Source: Convolutriloba macropyga
Taxonomy: Eukaryota
Assembly: GCF_964194025.1 (NCBI RefSeq)
Contig: NC_134475.1
Location: 46,934,001 to 46,998,000 of the forward strand
Direction: 5' to 3'
Length of the DNA: 64,000 nt
A program made the position numbers and the translations under genes. Each line of letters opens with the position of its first letter. The stretch's first letter is position 1. Below, piece by piece: positions 1-10,699 of the stretch. The notes beneath the pieces are model-generated. The model was not told the origin of the DNA and ran no database searches. It worked only from the letters and a program-made list of their open reading frames with translations.

Positions 1-440
1 CGTTTTTCCGTTTTACATGTCAAGATTTTCACGTTTGACTCGTGACTTACCCCACTCACTGTTTCAACTGAATGATTTTATTTCTTTCGCGCATTGAATT
101 ACGCAATGTAGTGAATATGGTTACTGTCAAAAGAGAAAAGTCAAAAGAAACGGGATAAACCGATAAAGACCTGGCATTAAGTCATTATGCATTAGGCTAT
201 CAACGTCCGTTGGAACGATTGATAACTGACATTAGTATTAAGCTTAATAGCTTTTAGTTAAAAGGCCGAATTAAGTATACTTTAAGAAAATAACTGAAAC
301 TGCACACCGAATTAGAACATTTTTTGAAACTTAGGAAAAAATTCTGTCATTTTCTCATTCTTCTTTTTTCTGTTTCCATACCGATGTGTGTCAAGCGCGT
401 CAACGGGGCTGTTTTCCGGCAATTTGCCGGCTATATTTCT
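1..440 (+). repeat. Dispersed repeat family C (3' part), ending in a GC-rich hairpin CCGGCAA-T-TTGCCGG
   Basis: Aligns by eye with 43255-43712 (+), 38945-39240 (-) and more weakly 39960-40240 (+). All copies end in ...ttccggcaatttgccggcta-like sequence. Confidence 0.8.
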
Positions 441-1372
441 TTCAATTTAATTCTTTAAACATATAGAAGTGCTTTAAAACATTTTGACTTCAAAATATTG
501 AAATCTTTTGGAAAAATTGTGTAACAGATTACAAATAGACGCTATTAGATGTCTCAAGTACTTACTGAACAAGAGGGTTTTTAATTCTTGTCAAGCGAAA
601 TGGCAACAATTATGTTCTCTTGGTTTACTAGACTCTGAGTAGCGGTTCACTGAAACTGTTTTGGAGACATCAATTCATGGTATGAAGGGCTGTTCTTAAT
701 CCTGACTGTTTCAACCCCCCTCAGTCACGCCCACCCCTCATCCACCCCACCCCCTAAGTCACTCCCTCCCATTCAACGTCCCTGAGTCCACCCTAATCCA
801 GCGGCCGATTTGGAGCACCCGCTCGTTCAGCCATCCCAACCCTACCGCCCCACACCCCTCGAAAATGGCGATTTGAACCCCATTTCGCCCAGCTCCCACA
901 ACCCTACCCTCCAATCGCTTTAACCTTCTCTCTATTCCTGTATCTCTATCTCTACTATCTCTAGGAGAACTATTTCTGCTGCCTCGGTGAGAATACCCGT
1001 TAGGTGATATGGATAGCCGCAAAATTATATATATGAAAATTGGCAACTGAAAAATAGGGGGAACTTGCATCTAACAAAAATGTATCCCTATTGAGTACCG
1101 CATCAAAAGTCTGTATCTTGTTCTGACCGCAGTTATTGGAAATTTTTGGTCACGTTTGTTTCCTTTCTTAAAGTTTGTTAGTTTTTTGTCCAGATGTTCT
1201 TAAATTGCTCGAAAACAAAGTTAGAGCAAAATAATTTTAACTTAATCTTTGTGTAATTTTTTGCTGGACTTTTCCATTGGCTTTGCGGCCTTGACTTCTT
1301 GCGGTTTAAAACTGTATCAGACTACAGTACAATCGAGGCCCTGCGAGTTGTTTGGGAGCAAGTTATGTTTTT

Positions 1373-3185
1373 AATTGCTCTTAAACGGAGTTTGTAGCAA
1401 TTATATTAGTCCTGTCGGTCTTTTTTTTTGCGATATTTCGCTTGACCGATTTTTCGTCTGACGCTTTTGACTTTTCGTCCTCAAATACGGGATAAACAGG
1501 TAGCGCCCAGCGGGCATTAAGTGCTCTTTGCGTCTTTCAGCTCTGTATCAGCTCAAACTGTTTTGGAGACGTATACTTATGGTGTGAAGGTCTTAGAAGT
1601 TGAAGACCCCTCCACTGTTGACCCCCACTATTACACCCATACCCCCCGCGCGCTGTTACCCCCTCCCCAACCCTGCTGTTTCCCCCCTTCAGCCCCCGGT
1701 GCACCCCTCTCCCCCCCCCCCCCCCCCCCGTTTCTACCTACTGACGAACAACCGCTTGTTAAAAACACGCAAATTTGTACTATTTTGCAATTTTTTCAAG
1801 CTTTTTGTAATTTTTTGACATTTTTTTGGTTTTTATTACTCCTAGGTGTCAAGGAACAAATAACCTCCTCTGGGTTTTAATAGTAGGTTACTGCAAAGTT
1901 TCTAGTGGTAATGGAATGGTCTCAACATTTTAACATCACGAATTTTAGCAGTTTTTTGACAAAACGTGCAAATTTTTTCAAATTATTTGGCATTTTTTTC
2001 CTTATTCAAGTCTTTCCAGAACTAGAGGTCAGAAAACATCCTAATGGTTTTGATAATAAGTTACTGACACATTTTTATTGGCCATGGAATAGTTTTTCAA
2101 CTTTTTAATGTCACAAATTTTAGCAATTTTTGATAAAACTTGCTTTCGGAGTTTTGTGATTTTTTCAGTCTCAAGAGCCATAGATCCTCCTCTAGGTTTT
2201 GAAACTTGCTTTCTGTTTAGTTTCTAGATTTAATGGAAAGTCTGGACAGATTTTAACATCACGAAGTTTAGCGTTTGACAATTCTTTCCATTTTCGATTT
2301 TTTTGACATGTATAGTCCTTGTTCAGGTTTTTAAGATTTAAGGGTTAGAAAAGCTCCGTAAGGGTTTTATAATAAATTATTGGAAAATTTTTGTGATCAT
2401 GGATTAACTTCCAATTTTTTAATATAACAAGCTTTAGCCGTTTCTTTTTATAGACCTTGCAAGTTTTTTGAAATTTGTCATTTTTAGGTTTCTCCAGTCA
2501 CGGAACTGCTTCTATGGTTTGATTATATGTTATTGCATAGTTTTTAGATGTAATGATTTTTTTCAAGATTTTATTATCGAATATATATAATTTAAGCATT
2601 TTTTAAATAAAGTTTGCAATTTTTTTGTTATTGAATTTTTTTTCGACACCAGGGGCCCTGGGACCCTGGTGATAATAAGCTGCTGTTTAGTTTCTATAGT
2701 TTTAAGGCTCCAGTTTTTGTAATTTTTGGATAAAATTTATAATTTTCAAATTTTTGGAAAAGTTTTATGTTGCAAGTATATTGATCTTTATGAGTCAGTG
2801 AAACTATTTCAGGCTTGAAACAGGGATACTGGATAGTCTCTTGAGACAATGAAATGTTTTGGAGACTTATACTTATGGTGTGAGGGGCGGTTCTTAGAAA
2901 TTGATCCCTTAGCTCCACCCCCGCTACCAACGTCAGTCCCCCCAACCCTGCACATCATTCAGGCCGTAAGGGCCTCGTGCAGCAAAGATCCCCCTCCCAC
3001 CGTTGCCCGCCCCCCACCCCCCCCCCCCCTCAATGTTGCACCATTCCCCCCTTCCCCCGCTGCGCTCACCTCACGCCCTTTAAATTGAGCTAATGCTAGC
3101 CTCACTAAACGGTGGCTAGCTACTGACGACGCCAACCGCTCGCCGGTCGTTTGAGAGCAATTTGCTCGACGTTAGTCGGTGTCGG
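1373..3185 (+). mobile_element. Non-autonomous Helentron/DINE-1-like element, family A
   Basis: T-run, then AATTGCTCTTAAACG (1373) with a partial inverted copy AGCAATT just downstream. Matching inverted CGTTTGAGAGCAATT at 3148-3162 is followed by the short hairpin CGAC-gtta-GTCG (3167-3178). Interior holds C-rich tracts and ~160-bp tandem repeats. Confidence 0.6.
1780..2820. repeat. Diverged ~150-175-bp tandem repeat inside the family A element
   Basis: A 'ggttttgataataagttactg...atggaa...ttttaacatcacgaa' type unit recurs near 1870, 2043, 2192, 2361, 2513 and 2668. Confidence 0.7.
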
Positions 3186-3540
3186 TTAGTTTCAATTCTT
3201 TTTTGCAATAACTTATCCGGAATAATTTGCAATCCATTTTTAATTTAGAGAAATCTCGTACTAAATTTTGCAACCTTCTGAACAATCATTTAGCTAATTT
3301 ATCAATTCAACATCTTTTTATACATAAAATGAACTCTAGTAGGAAGGACTTCTCAATTGGACTTCTGTTTTAGCTCCTCCAATGTAAAACTTTCTTTATG
3401 TAGACTTCGGACCCGACACTACATTTGTATACAAGCCAAGCCTGACTTGTTTGCAAATGTGGCTGAATGTATAACTACCTCAAAAAAACTACCGACCATG
3501 GCTCAATTTCAGTTTGATTACTGACGTTTCGTTTTCGTAC

Positions 3541-3567
3541 TCGCGCGAATAATGGTTATATAAAAAG
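3541..3567 (+). promoter_or_regulatory. Candidate HDAC8 core promoter (TCGCGCGA palindrome plus TATATAAAAAG)
   Basis: CpG-rich palindrome at 3541-3548 and TATA-like box at ~3557-3567, about 110 bp upstream of the ATG. Confidence 0.35.
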
Positions 3568-3674
3568 TTTTTGTTCCCTCATGCTATTGTTGGTTCCCCA
3601 AGCTAAAATGATATTTTACTGATACATTTTTGGTACATCATTTTAGTTAAATCGATGGTTAAAATGATATCGAA

Positions 3675-3981
3675 ATGAGTGTTGCTTACATTTATTCAAA
3701 ACGACTTGAACAGTTATCCGATGCTTTTACTAGATGTCACGGCAGAGCATCGCGTATCCATGAACTGATAACAGCTTATGGTCTACTGGATGCGACATCC
3801 ACAGATACACGAATAGTGTCTCCGAGAGCAGCACAACCTGAAGACTTAAAATATTTTCATGACAGTGATTTTGTTGACTTCCTCCTGAATTGCAATGAGA
3901 GATCGCGAGATGACGTGGAATTTGCGAAGGAATGCGAATTGTATGGATTGGAATTTGAATGCCCAGTCTTGGACGAGCTAG
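3675..3981 (+). CDS. HDAC8: HDAC8 coding exon 1
   Basis: MSVAYIYS...[13 protein letters not shown](G); donor G|GTCCGT at 3982, phase 1. Confidence 0.88.
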
Positions 3982-6900
3982 GTCCGTGAGACTAATTTGG
4001 TGTATCGTTGCTACACTTTGTTAGAAGCCAGGGATAATGAGTTAAAGGTGACATCAATTACCTTGAACTAGTATCGCTCAATGACGAATATTTGACCATG
4101 CGCTGATTTCTGTAAAGCCATCTAGAGACGTGTTATCTTGATAATTGTTTCTTTAATGAAACCATTGCATCGAGCTAATTTATTTCGGTGCGTCTAAGAA
4201 TTGAAGTAGTTTGGTTTAAATTTAGCTCCAGTAAGCCGTAAGGCTTTGAAGTTTGCTCCTGGTTACGAAAAGGATATTGAAGTTAATCATCTCAGGAGAT
4301 GCGAGGCTTTGAAGATTGAATTATGACAGCCGGTCATAAAGCCTTTGAAGGGGAACCATTAGCTAAATAATTGCGTTTGCGGTGTTTATAGGAGAGTATG
4401 TTCTGTTACTTGCTGGTGCAGCCCAAGATGCAGCTGAATGTCTCAAGTCAGGCATTGCCAAAATTGCAATCAATTGGTTCGGAGGGTGGCACCATTGTCG
4501 CAAGGACTACGCCGCAGGTAACGACCAAAATAACCACTGGTACTGTAAAGTCTTAAAATGTTTGGAGTTTGGTTTATTTGTGCGATTGGAAAATGGATAG
4601 TCTATGAGGATGAACTAGCGAACTAATATGAACCGTATGGAATGATTGCTCGCTCTTAGCAGTGCGTGATGATCAAGCTGATGGCATCTTTGTAGCAAAA
4701 TTCTTTATTTATTTCATGGTCTACGAACATTTTCTTGTTTTTGCAGGTTTCTGCTACATCAATGATTGCGTCCTGTCAATTCTACACCTCCTGAAGAAAT
4801 TTGAGAGAGTGTTGTACATTGATTTGGATGTACACCACGGAGACGGGGTGCAAGAGGCCTTCTATTGTACTAACAAAGTGTTCTCTCTTTCATTCCACAG
4901 ATACTCACCTGGACTGTTCTACCCCGGAACCGGTGATTTGAGGTGAGCAATGGCCAAGCTTTGCTAGAATTAGAGCCGGACGCGGTTCTTGACTACGAAA
5001 TAATTGAGTTAGCTACTGTTGCCGTCTTCTGTCGTTTTTTGCTGCTTTGAACGAGCAATATTTTTTTATCAGGTGCGAATTTTTCAAAGCGGTTTTTAGT
5101 TCAACTAAATTTTTCAGCCAAATTTGGTTTTGGCGATATTTTGAATTGATTGATTTTAATACTGAGGTATGTCTGTTAAAGAAAATCAATTAATTTTTTA
5201 TCAAATTTTGACTGTTTCCTTTTTATTGCCAATATCTTTCAGCTATTTGCAGTCTTATTTAGTATTTCATCTAGAGCTATTGGTTTGCTAATTCTACCAA
5301 GAAGTGACACTTCAAGTTTATACAGGGCCGCTTCCACTGAAATTGAATTTATACATTTGTAATTTTTGCACGGTTTTTGTTTGATTTTTAATTGTCCTTT
5401 AGTATGTCTCTGAAAGGAATTGGATGGGTCGCTGATCGGTCCTATGAATTTACAAAGGTTTTCTTAAGAACAATTGTTGTGGAAAAACCCTTGGCTTGTT
5501 GCGGGAATTTCTGCGATTTTTTATTTTAGTTTTTCCTTTTCCTCGGTTTTGTTGATACCGTTTCTCTTATTACGTTCTTTTGCCAACAGTTGAGTCGCAA
5601 CATGTTTTTAGTAAAATTTTTCATATAATTTTGTCGTCTGTTTTGATTATCAGATTTGTCTTTTCTTATGTTTGTATGTTAATGTTTCTGTTATTTATTT
5701 AAATTAATGTGTACTAAAGTAGGAAGTTCAGGAAATTAATTTCTCCTTTGAATCAGATCCGGAGTCTTCCGGCTGTTTTCTTTAGCTGAAGGTTTGTTGA
5801 TGGCTTGAACTTTTACTTCCTTGTAATAGAACATTGCCTGCCTACCCCCATTCATCCTAGTGGAACCCCCCTCCCAATGACCTACCCCCACCCCAAAACG
5901 AACTACCCCCCCCCCCCCACCTTACCTCCAAACTTACTTATCCCGCACCTACCCCCATCATCTTAGGACCACAGCCCCCATTAACTGCTCCCACACCCCT
6001 AAACTAAAAGCATTGTCTGCATTTTTTAAGTTCGCTTTTCGTTTGATTCGGCAGTTAATTTTTTTCGTCTCTTCTTTGATGCACCAGATTTGTTTTCGTT
6101 TGTGCCCCACACTTTAGTGGGTGCATATTGTTTGCACCCCCAGACGCACGTGCCATATTTTTAAATAATGTATTACTATGTAATGGCAGGTGTTGTGACT
6201 GGTGGAGGGCAGAAACGGAAAAAACATACAATGTTTGTGATATTGGTATTGTTAATTTAGAATTTGTTTTGTACACTCATTGACTCATTTTGCTTGACGG
6301 TTTCGTTTTGACTTTTCCTGTGACTTACGCCCTTTACTTTTTGCCTGATATAACTTTTTTCTCTCTTTAAGATTTTTTAGCAGCTGAAGTGGTGGCAGTT
6401 TAATACCAAAAGTAAATGAAAAAGGCACCAAAATTGTGTATGCAATTGGTATTCATCAGTATGCAATAAATTAAAAATCTAATGACGTCCTTTCAGTGAT
6501 TTTCTTAGTCTCCCAACCAACCAACCTAAAACGGGGTGAAAGTGCTATCCTTATCTGCCTAAAATGGGGAAACTATTAAAAAACAATTTTTCTTGATTAA
6601 ATTAAAATTGATTCGCTTATTCTAACCCTTGGGAATGCAGTTCTAGTATATTTTTTTCGGTTAATTTTGCATTTTAGGAAAAAATGTCAGGAAACACGAA
6701 TTTGTAGATTGATCTGAACTTTAATGTTCTCCAAGGCGTTGTTTGGGTTATAAAGCGGCTGTTAAAATTTTTGTTGAGAATATTTGTGAAATTTTACCTT
6801 TTCACATCTTTCTTTTTAATCCCTGCATCAGTCAGAGGCCAATCGCTTTAATTTTTTGAAAGTCTGCAAGCTGTGTGTTACACTTTTATTTTACACTACG

Positions 6901-9900
6901 ACAATTTGTCGAACGAAAATCAAAACCAGGAAGAATTTTATAGTGGTTTTCCATAACTTATTTTAAGAGAGCGAGAAAAGTAGGAGTGAATGCTATTTCC
7001 AGATGCTATTTTGTCATTTTGACAGTCTTCGAAAGTTTTTAAGCTCGTTTTTTGTTCCTCTCGACTTTACTTTTCAAGGGGATTTTTTAGATGCAACAGG
7101 CGCTTTTGGTGATTTTGTCGATGTTTTATTTTGATTGGTATCAATTTTCAATTGTTTGCATCATAAACCGAGAAGTGATCAACTACGGATACGTAACTCT
7201 ATATTAAGACATTAAGATTTTTTAAGCGAAGCTACTCTGACATCTCAGCTTTCTCTAAAAATTTTCCAAAAATCCTTGCCCAGTACATTAACTCTTAAGC
7301 TATTAACTAAAATAAAATTACATTAATGTTATTGGGCCTGAATGCCAATGGGATCTGTATTAATTTTGCTAATATGACACGACACCTAAAGTTATGCTCA
7401 ACTCTGGGCAAAAATTCTTGAATAACAAATTTTTATGGAAGCGCGTAGAATCAAAAACAGACAACCATTAAACAAAACCGCTACACGAAAATTTTAATAT
7501 TTCATTTCACTAAAAATGACGCAACCTGCAATTGTTGAATCTATGCTAAAGGTAACAGAAATAAAAAAACGATTAAGAAACCGGAAAAGATTTGAAACAA
7601 ACATATTCAAAGCCATGGCAACAATTAGCTATGGACTTAAACCTTTAAATAGCTTTATTTGTACCTCCAAAGCGAAAGGAAGTTGTGACCTGTCTTTATC
7701 CACAATATATCATAAGGCTACAAAAATGACGACAAATATAGACAAAAGTAAAAAAAAAATTCAATTAATTTGAAAACGGCATCGAAGCCGTTAAAACCAT
7801 TACCTAGTCATTACAAACCTTAAATATATTCAATTGCGATTTTTTTCAACGCCCTTGTTGTGATATGGGCTCTGTCATTAACGTAAAATTGCGAGAAGAC
7901 AAAGACAAATGTACAAAATAAAAAAATTACAAATGTACAAAATTAAAATTGCGAGAAGCGAGAAGACAAAGACAAATGTACAAAATTAAAAAAAAATGTA
8001 CAAAATGTACAAAATTCAAATTGTGAGAAGACAAAAACAAATGTACAAAAAAATGGAAAATTTACAAAAGAACTCAGTCTAAGCCAAAAAACCCTTTCTG
8101 AAAACGTACAACGAAGTGACCAGTTAACTTATGTTCACTAGAGATGCAACCTTGCTGCTGGTACTGAGCTTAAAGTTGACAGAAATAAGATAATAAAATT
8201 GGGAAAATCTCAAAAATTCATTTTTTGTTTTTGTGAACAAATACTTTTGGAAGTCATAAAAACTACGAGCTTTCAACTAAGAAAACTAAATAAATTGATC
8301 AAAAATTCGGAGAGTGTGAAACAAAACTTTAAGCTCGATAACTCCGTGGAAAAAACAAAATTCTTAAAAATCTTCATAATTCTATAGTCTACGGTGGATG
8401 TGATTTCTCATGATGCCACTCACGACTCTGTACGATGAATATATCGACCGGCCAAAATTGACTGAAAAAAAAACATTTGAGTATATAGTTCCTCCCCCAC
8501 CAAGGTGGGTTGGAACATTAAGTTTTTGATGCGAGGAATTAAGTTTTCCACAACTATTCCGTTTTAGCATGTGAATTGATCGCATTTGGTTTTGACTTTT
8601 ATTTGATTCCTATGATAAAATGTTAGTAAACATCACATGTCACTGAAAGTCATAGAAGTTGTAAATCAAAGATGGTTGTTTGAAATGTAAAAGGGCGGTA
8701 AGCACTAGGTATATAATTGGATCAAGATTTGTGCCTATTGCCACTGTTGTCACCCATCAAATCTGATTGAATTAGGTGATTAACAGATTTGTCTCTGCGT
8801 TCCGATTAACCGATAAAGCGCGCAAATGATTATTCCGTGCAAGATTTAGACGATTCATGTTTAGAGTGGCAGTTTTCGTTATTACTAGATTTCGCTTTCG
8901 TGTTCACATCGGCTCAAGTCTTTTGGATTGTTGCTGTCGCTGTCATATAAAGCATTCAATCTTTGACGGTTTCGGCAAAAATTACATTGTTAGTTGAACA
9001 CCGAAGATCAGAATTAGCCAGTTTATTGAATTTTCAGAAATAATGTGATACCGTTTGCAGATCGTAGCCGAGATCATTTTTACTTTTAAAGAGGCCGCTT
9101 GCTCTTTGAGCCCGTTTAATATATACCGTTCCGTCTCTGAGATGCAAAATTCTTTTTTCATCAAAATTCAAATCTTTACTGATATGTTCACAAATTTTGA
9201 CACCACGATAGTACTGTTTCCGTCAGATTTGCTCTGGGCAGTTCTTGGTTCTGCGAGTAAATCAGGCAATAACGGGTTGAGTTCAATAACGAGAGGGTAA
9301 CCTATGAGGCTATTGAAATGTGTACCTCCTCAACTTGAGCACCCATTGATTGTGTTACGGTAATTACTGTTGAAGTTTCCTGACAGGATTCTTCAGGGCT
9401 ATTGCTAGCTAGATGTTCCTATGATTTCACCATTTTTTTCTTCTATTATAAACTTCGTGAAGTTCTGTTTAGTATAGAGTTACAGATATAAATAGATTGC
9501 ATTTGGATCATTTCATTTTATTTCACAATTCCGCATGATCCTCCTGTTTTAGCGAGATTGGAAGCTACAAAGGTTTCAACTACTCTCTAAACGTTCCATT
9601 CCATGAAGGTCTCAAAAATGAACCATTTATGCGAGTGAGTTCTACAATTGTTGAGCAAGTGGTGGCGGCTTTTCAGCCGGACGCCATCGTATGTCAATGT
9701 GGTGCAGATTCCTTGGCTCATGATCCGGTCCAGGGTCTCAATCTGACTTCAATTGCTTACGTTGATGTAAGTCAGAGTTGTTTCGAAAAAGAATTTTATT
9801 GGAACAGTTAGCTGAAAATTTTACACTGTTGTCTTGCTACACCCGAACTTGCCAAATTATCTGATCTAGCGAGAAGTGCGAATATCGCAAATTTTACGGC

Positions 9901-10423
9901 CATCAATGTCTATTTTCAGGATGTGTTAAAAGGAGAGACGTATTCCGTGCAATTGAAATGATTATCTATTCGATTTCTAGATTGCTCAAAGGAGATTTAG
10001 ATGAGCGCCTTTCTGAATGTGAGTTTCATGAGATCTGCCCACAATTGAACAAATTTATTGGCCATAATAAGTTTGTTCGCGAAAAATTGTAATATGTACA
10101 TGGGTTTGGAAATAGTGGTTTTGACTTCTTAGGTAGTGAGAAAGATCCGGAAGTTGGATTTGCCATTACTAGTCCTAGGAGGCGGAGGATATCACAGAAG
10201 CAATACAGCAAGGTGCTGGTCATCTATTCAAGCGGAACTGGTCAATAAATGGCCTCTCGTTGAAGACATTCCGGAACACGAGTATCTTGACGAATATGGA
10301 CCGTGCTACAGTTTAGAGATCAAAGAATCAAAAATGAAAGATTTAAATTCTGAGCAGCATTTGAATGAAATTGTTGAGAAATGTGGAAAAATTTTAAGCA
10401 AAATAGCCAAACCCGGTTGCTAA
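3675..10423 (+). CDS. HDAC8: Histone deacetylase 8 (class I), join(3675..3981,4392..4517,4747..4942,9553..9766,10133..10423), 377 aa
   Basis: All four introns are GT-AG with compatible phases; total 1134 nt. Motifs RASxxHxLI, YGLxxx[10 protein letters not shown] (Trp typical of HDAC8), [28 protein letters not shown] and LGGGGY. Confidence 0.93.
4392..4517 (+). CDS. HDAC8: HDAC8 coding exon 2
   Basis: Acceptor tttatAG|; encodes EYVLLLAG...[15 protein letters not shown]; donor G|GTAAC. Confidence 0.9.
4747..4942 (+). CDS. HDAC8: HDAC8 coding exon 3
   Basis: Acceptor tttgcAG|; encodes GFCYIND...DLDVHHGDG...PGTGDL; donor AG|GTGAGC. Confidence 0.92.
7200..8517 (-). mobile_element. Family B non-autonomous element, reverse orientation, in HDAC8 intron 3 (left boundary approximate)
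   Basis: 8330-8516 is the reverse complement of the family B 5' end (gttcc-accc/ac..gtggggg-aggaactatatactcaaatg...tcagtcaattttggccg). The block is A-rich on +, against a T-rich background. Confidence 0.6.
7885..8070. repeat. Irregular short tandem/mosaic repeat (gcgagaagacaaagacaaatgtacaaaat)
   Basis: Three to four shuffled copies of gagaagacaaa and aaatgtacaaaa units. Confidence 0.75.
8543..8815 (+). mobile_element. 5'-truncated solo LTR of the copia family found at 58480-63732
   Basis: Shares actattccgtttt..catgtgaattgat, gtaaacatcacatgtca, gatcaagatttgtgcctattgccactg and gatttgtctctgcgtt. Ends ...ttaaccGATA at 8815 with no PBS after it. Confidence 0.85.
9553..9766 (+). CDS. HDAC8: HDAC8 coding exon 4
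   Basis: Acceptor gttttAG|; encodes [16 protein letters not shown]...[11 protein letters not shown]...AYVD; donor |GTAAGT. Confidence 0.9.
10133..10423 (+). CDS. HDAC8: HDAC8 coding exon 5
   Basis: Acceptor cttcttAG|; encodes [21 protein letters not shown]...[12 protein letters not shown]; TAA stop. Confidence 0.9.
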   Translation, partial: VVRKIRKLDLPLLVLGGGGYHRSNTARCWSSIQAELVNKWPLVEDIPEHEYLDEYGPCYSLEIKESKMKDLNSEQHLNEIVEKCGKILSKIAKPGC

Positions 10424-10699
10424 AAACTCTGCTTTAATTTGAGATTTCTCCTTTTTGATCTTATTTGTTTATTGAATGATAGTTTTTAGCTGAATTTTCA
10501 TAAGAACGGCGTGGAATTAAGATAAACATGTATAAGTAATATCGCCAACCACAAATTTAAGGTTATTGTATCAAACAGCGTGAACAATTTTTCTTGCGCG
10601 GAAAATACTTGATGTCTTTTCCCGGTAGGACTGTGGTCTATTTGAAGTAAAAAAATATTCTTAATTGTAGAAAAGATTTGTTGAATTTTCAGATTAGAA

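Noticed and set aside
759-3088. Pro-rich or Gly/Arg-rich ORFs upstream of HDAC8
   Set aside because: Translations of C-rich tracts inside repeats; no splice-consistent gene model.
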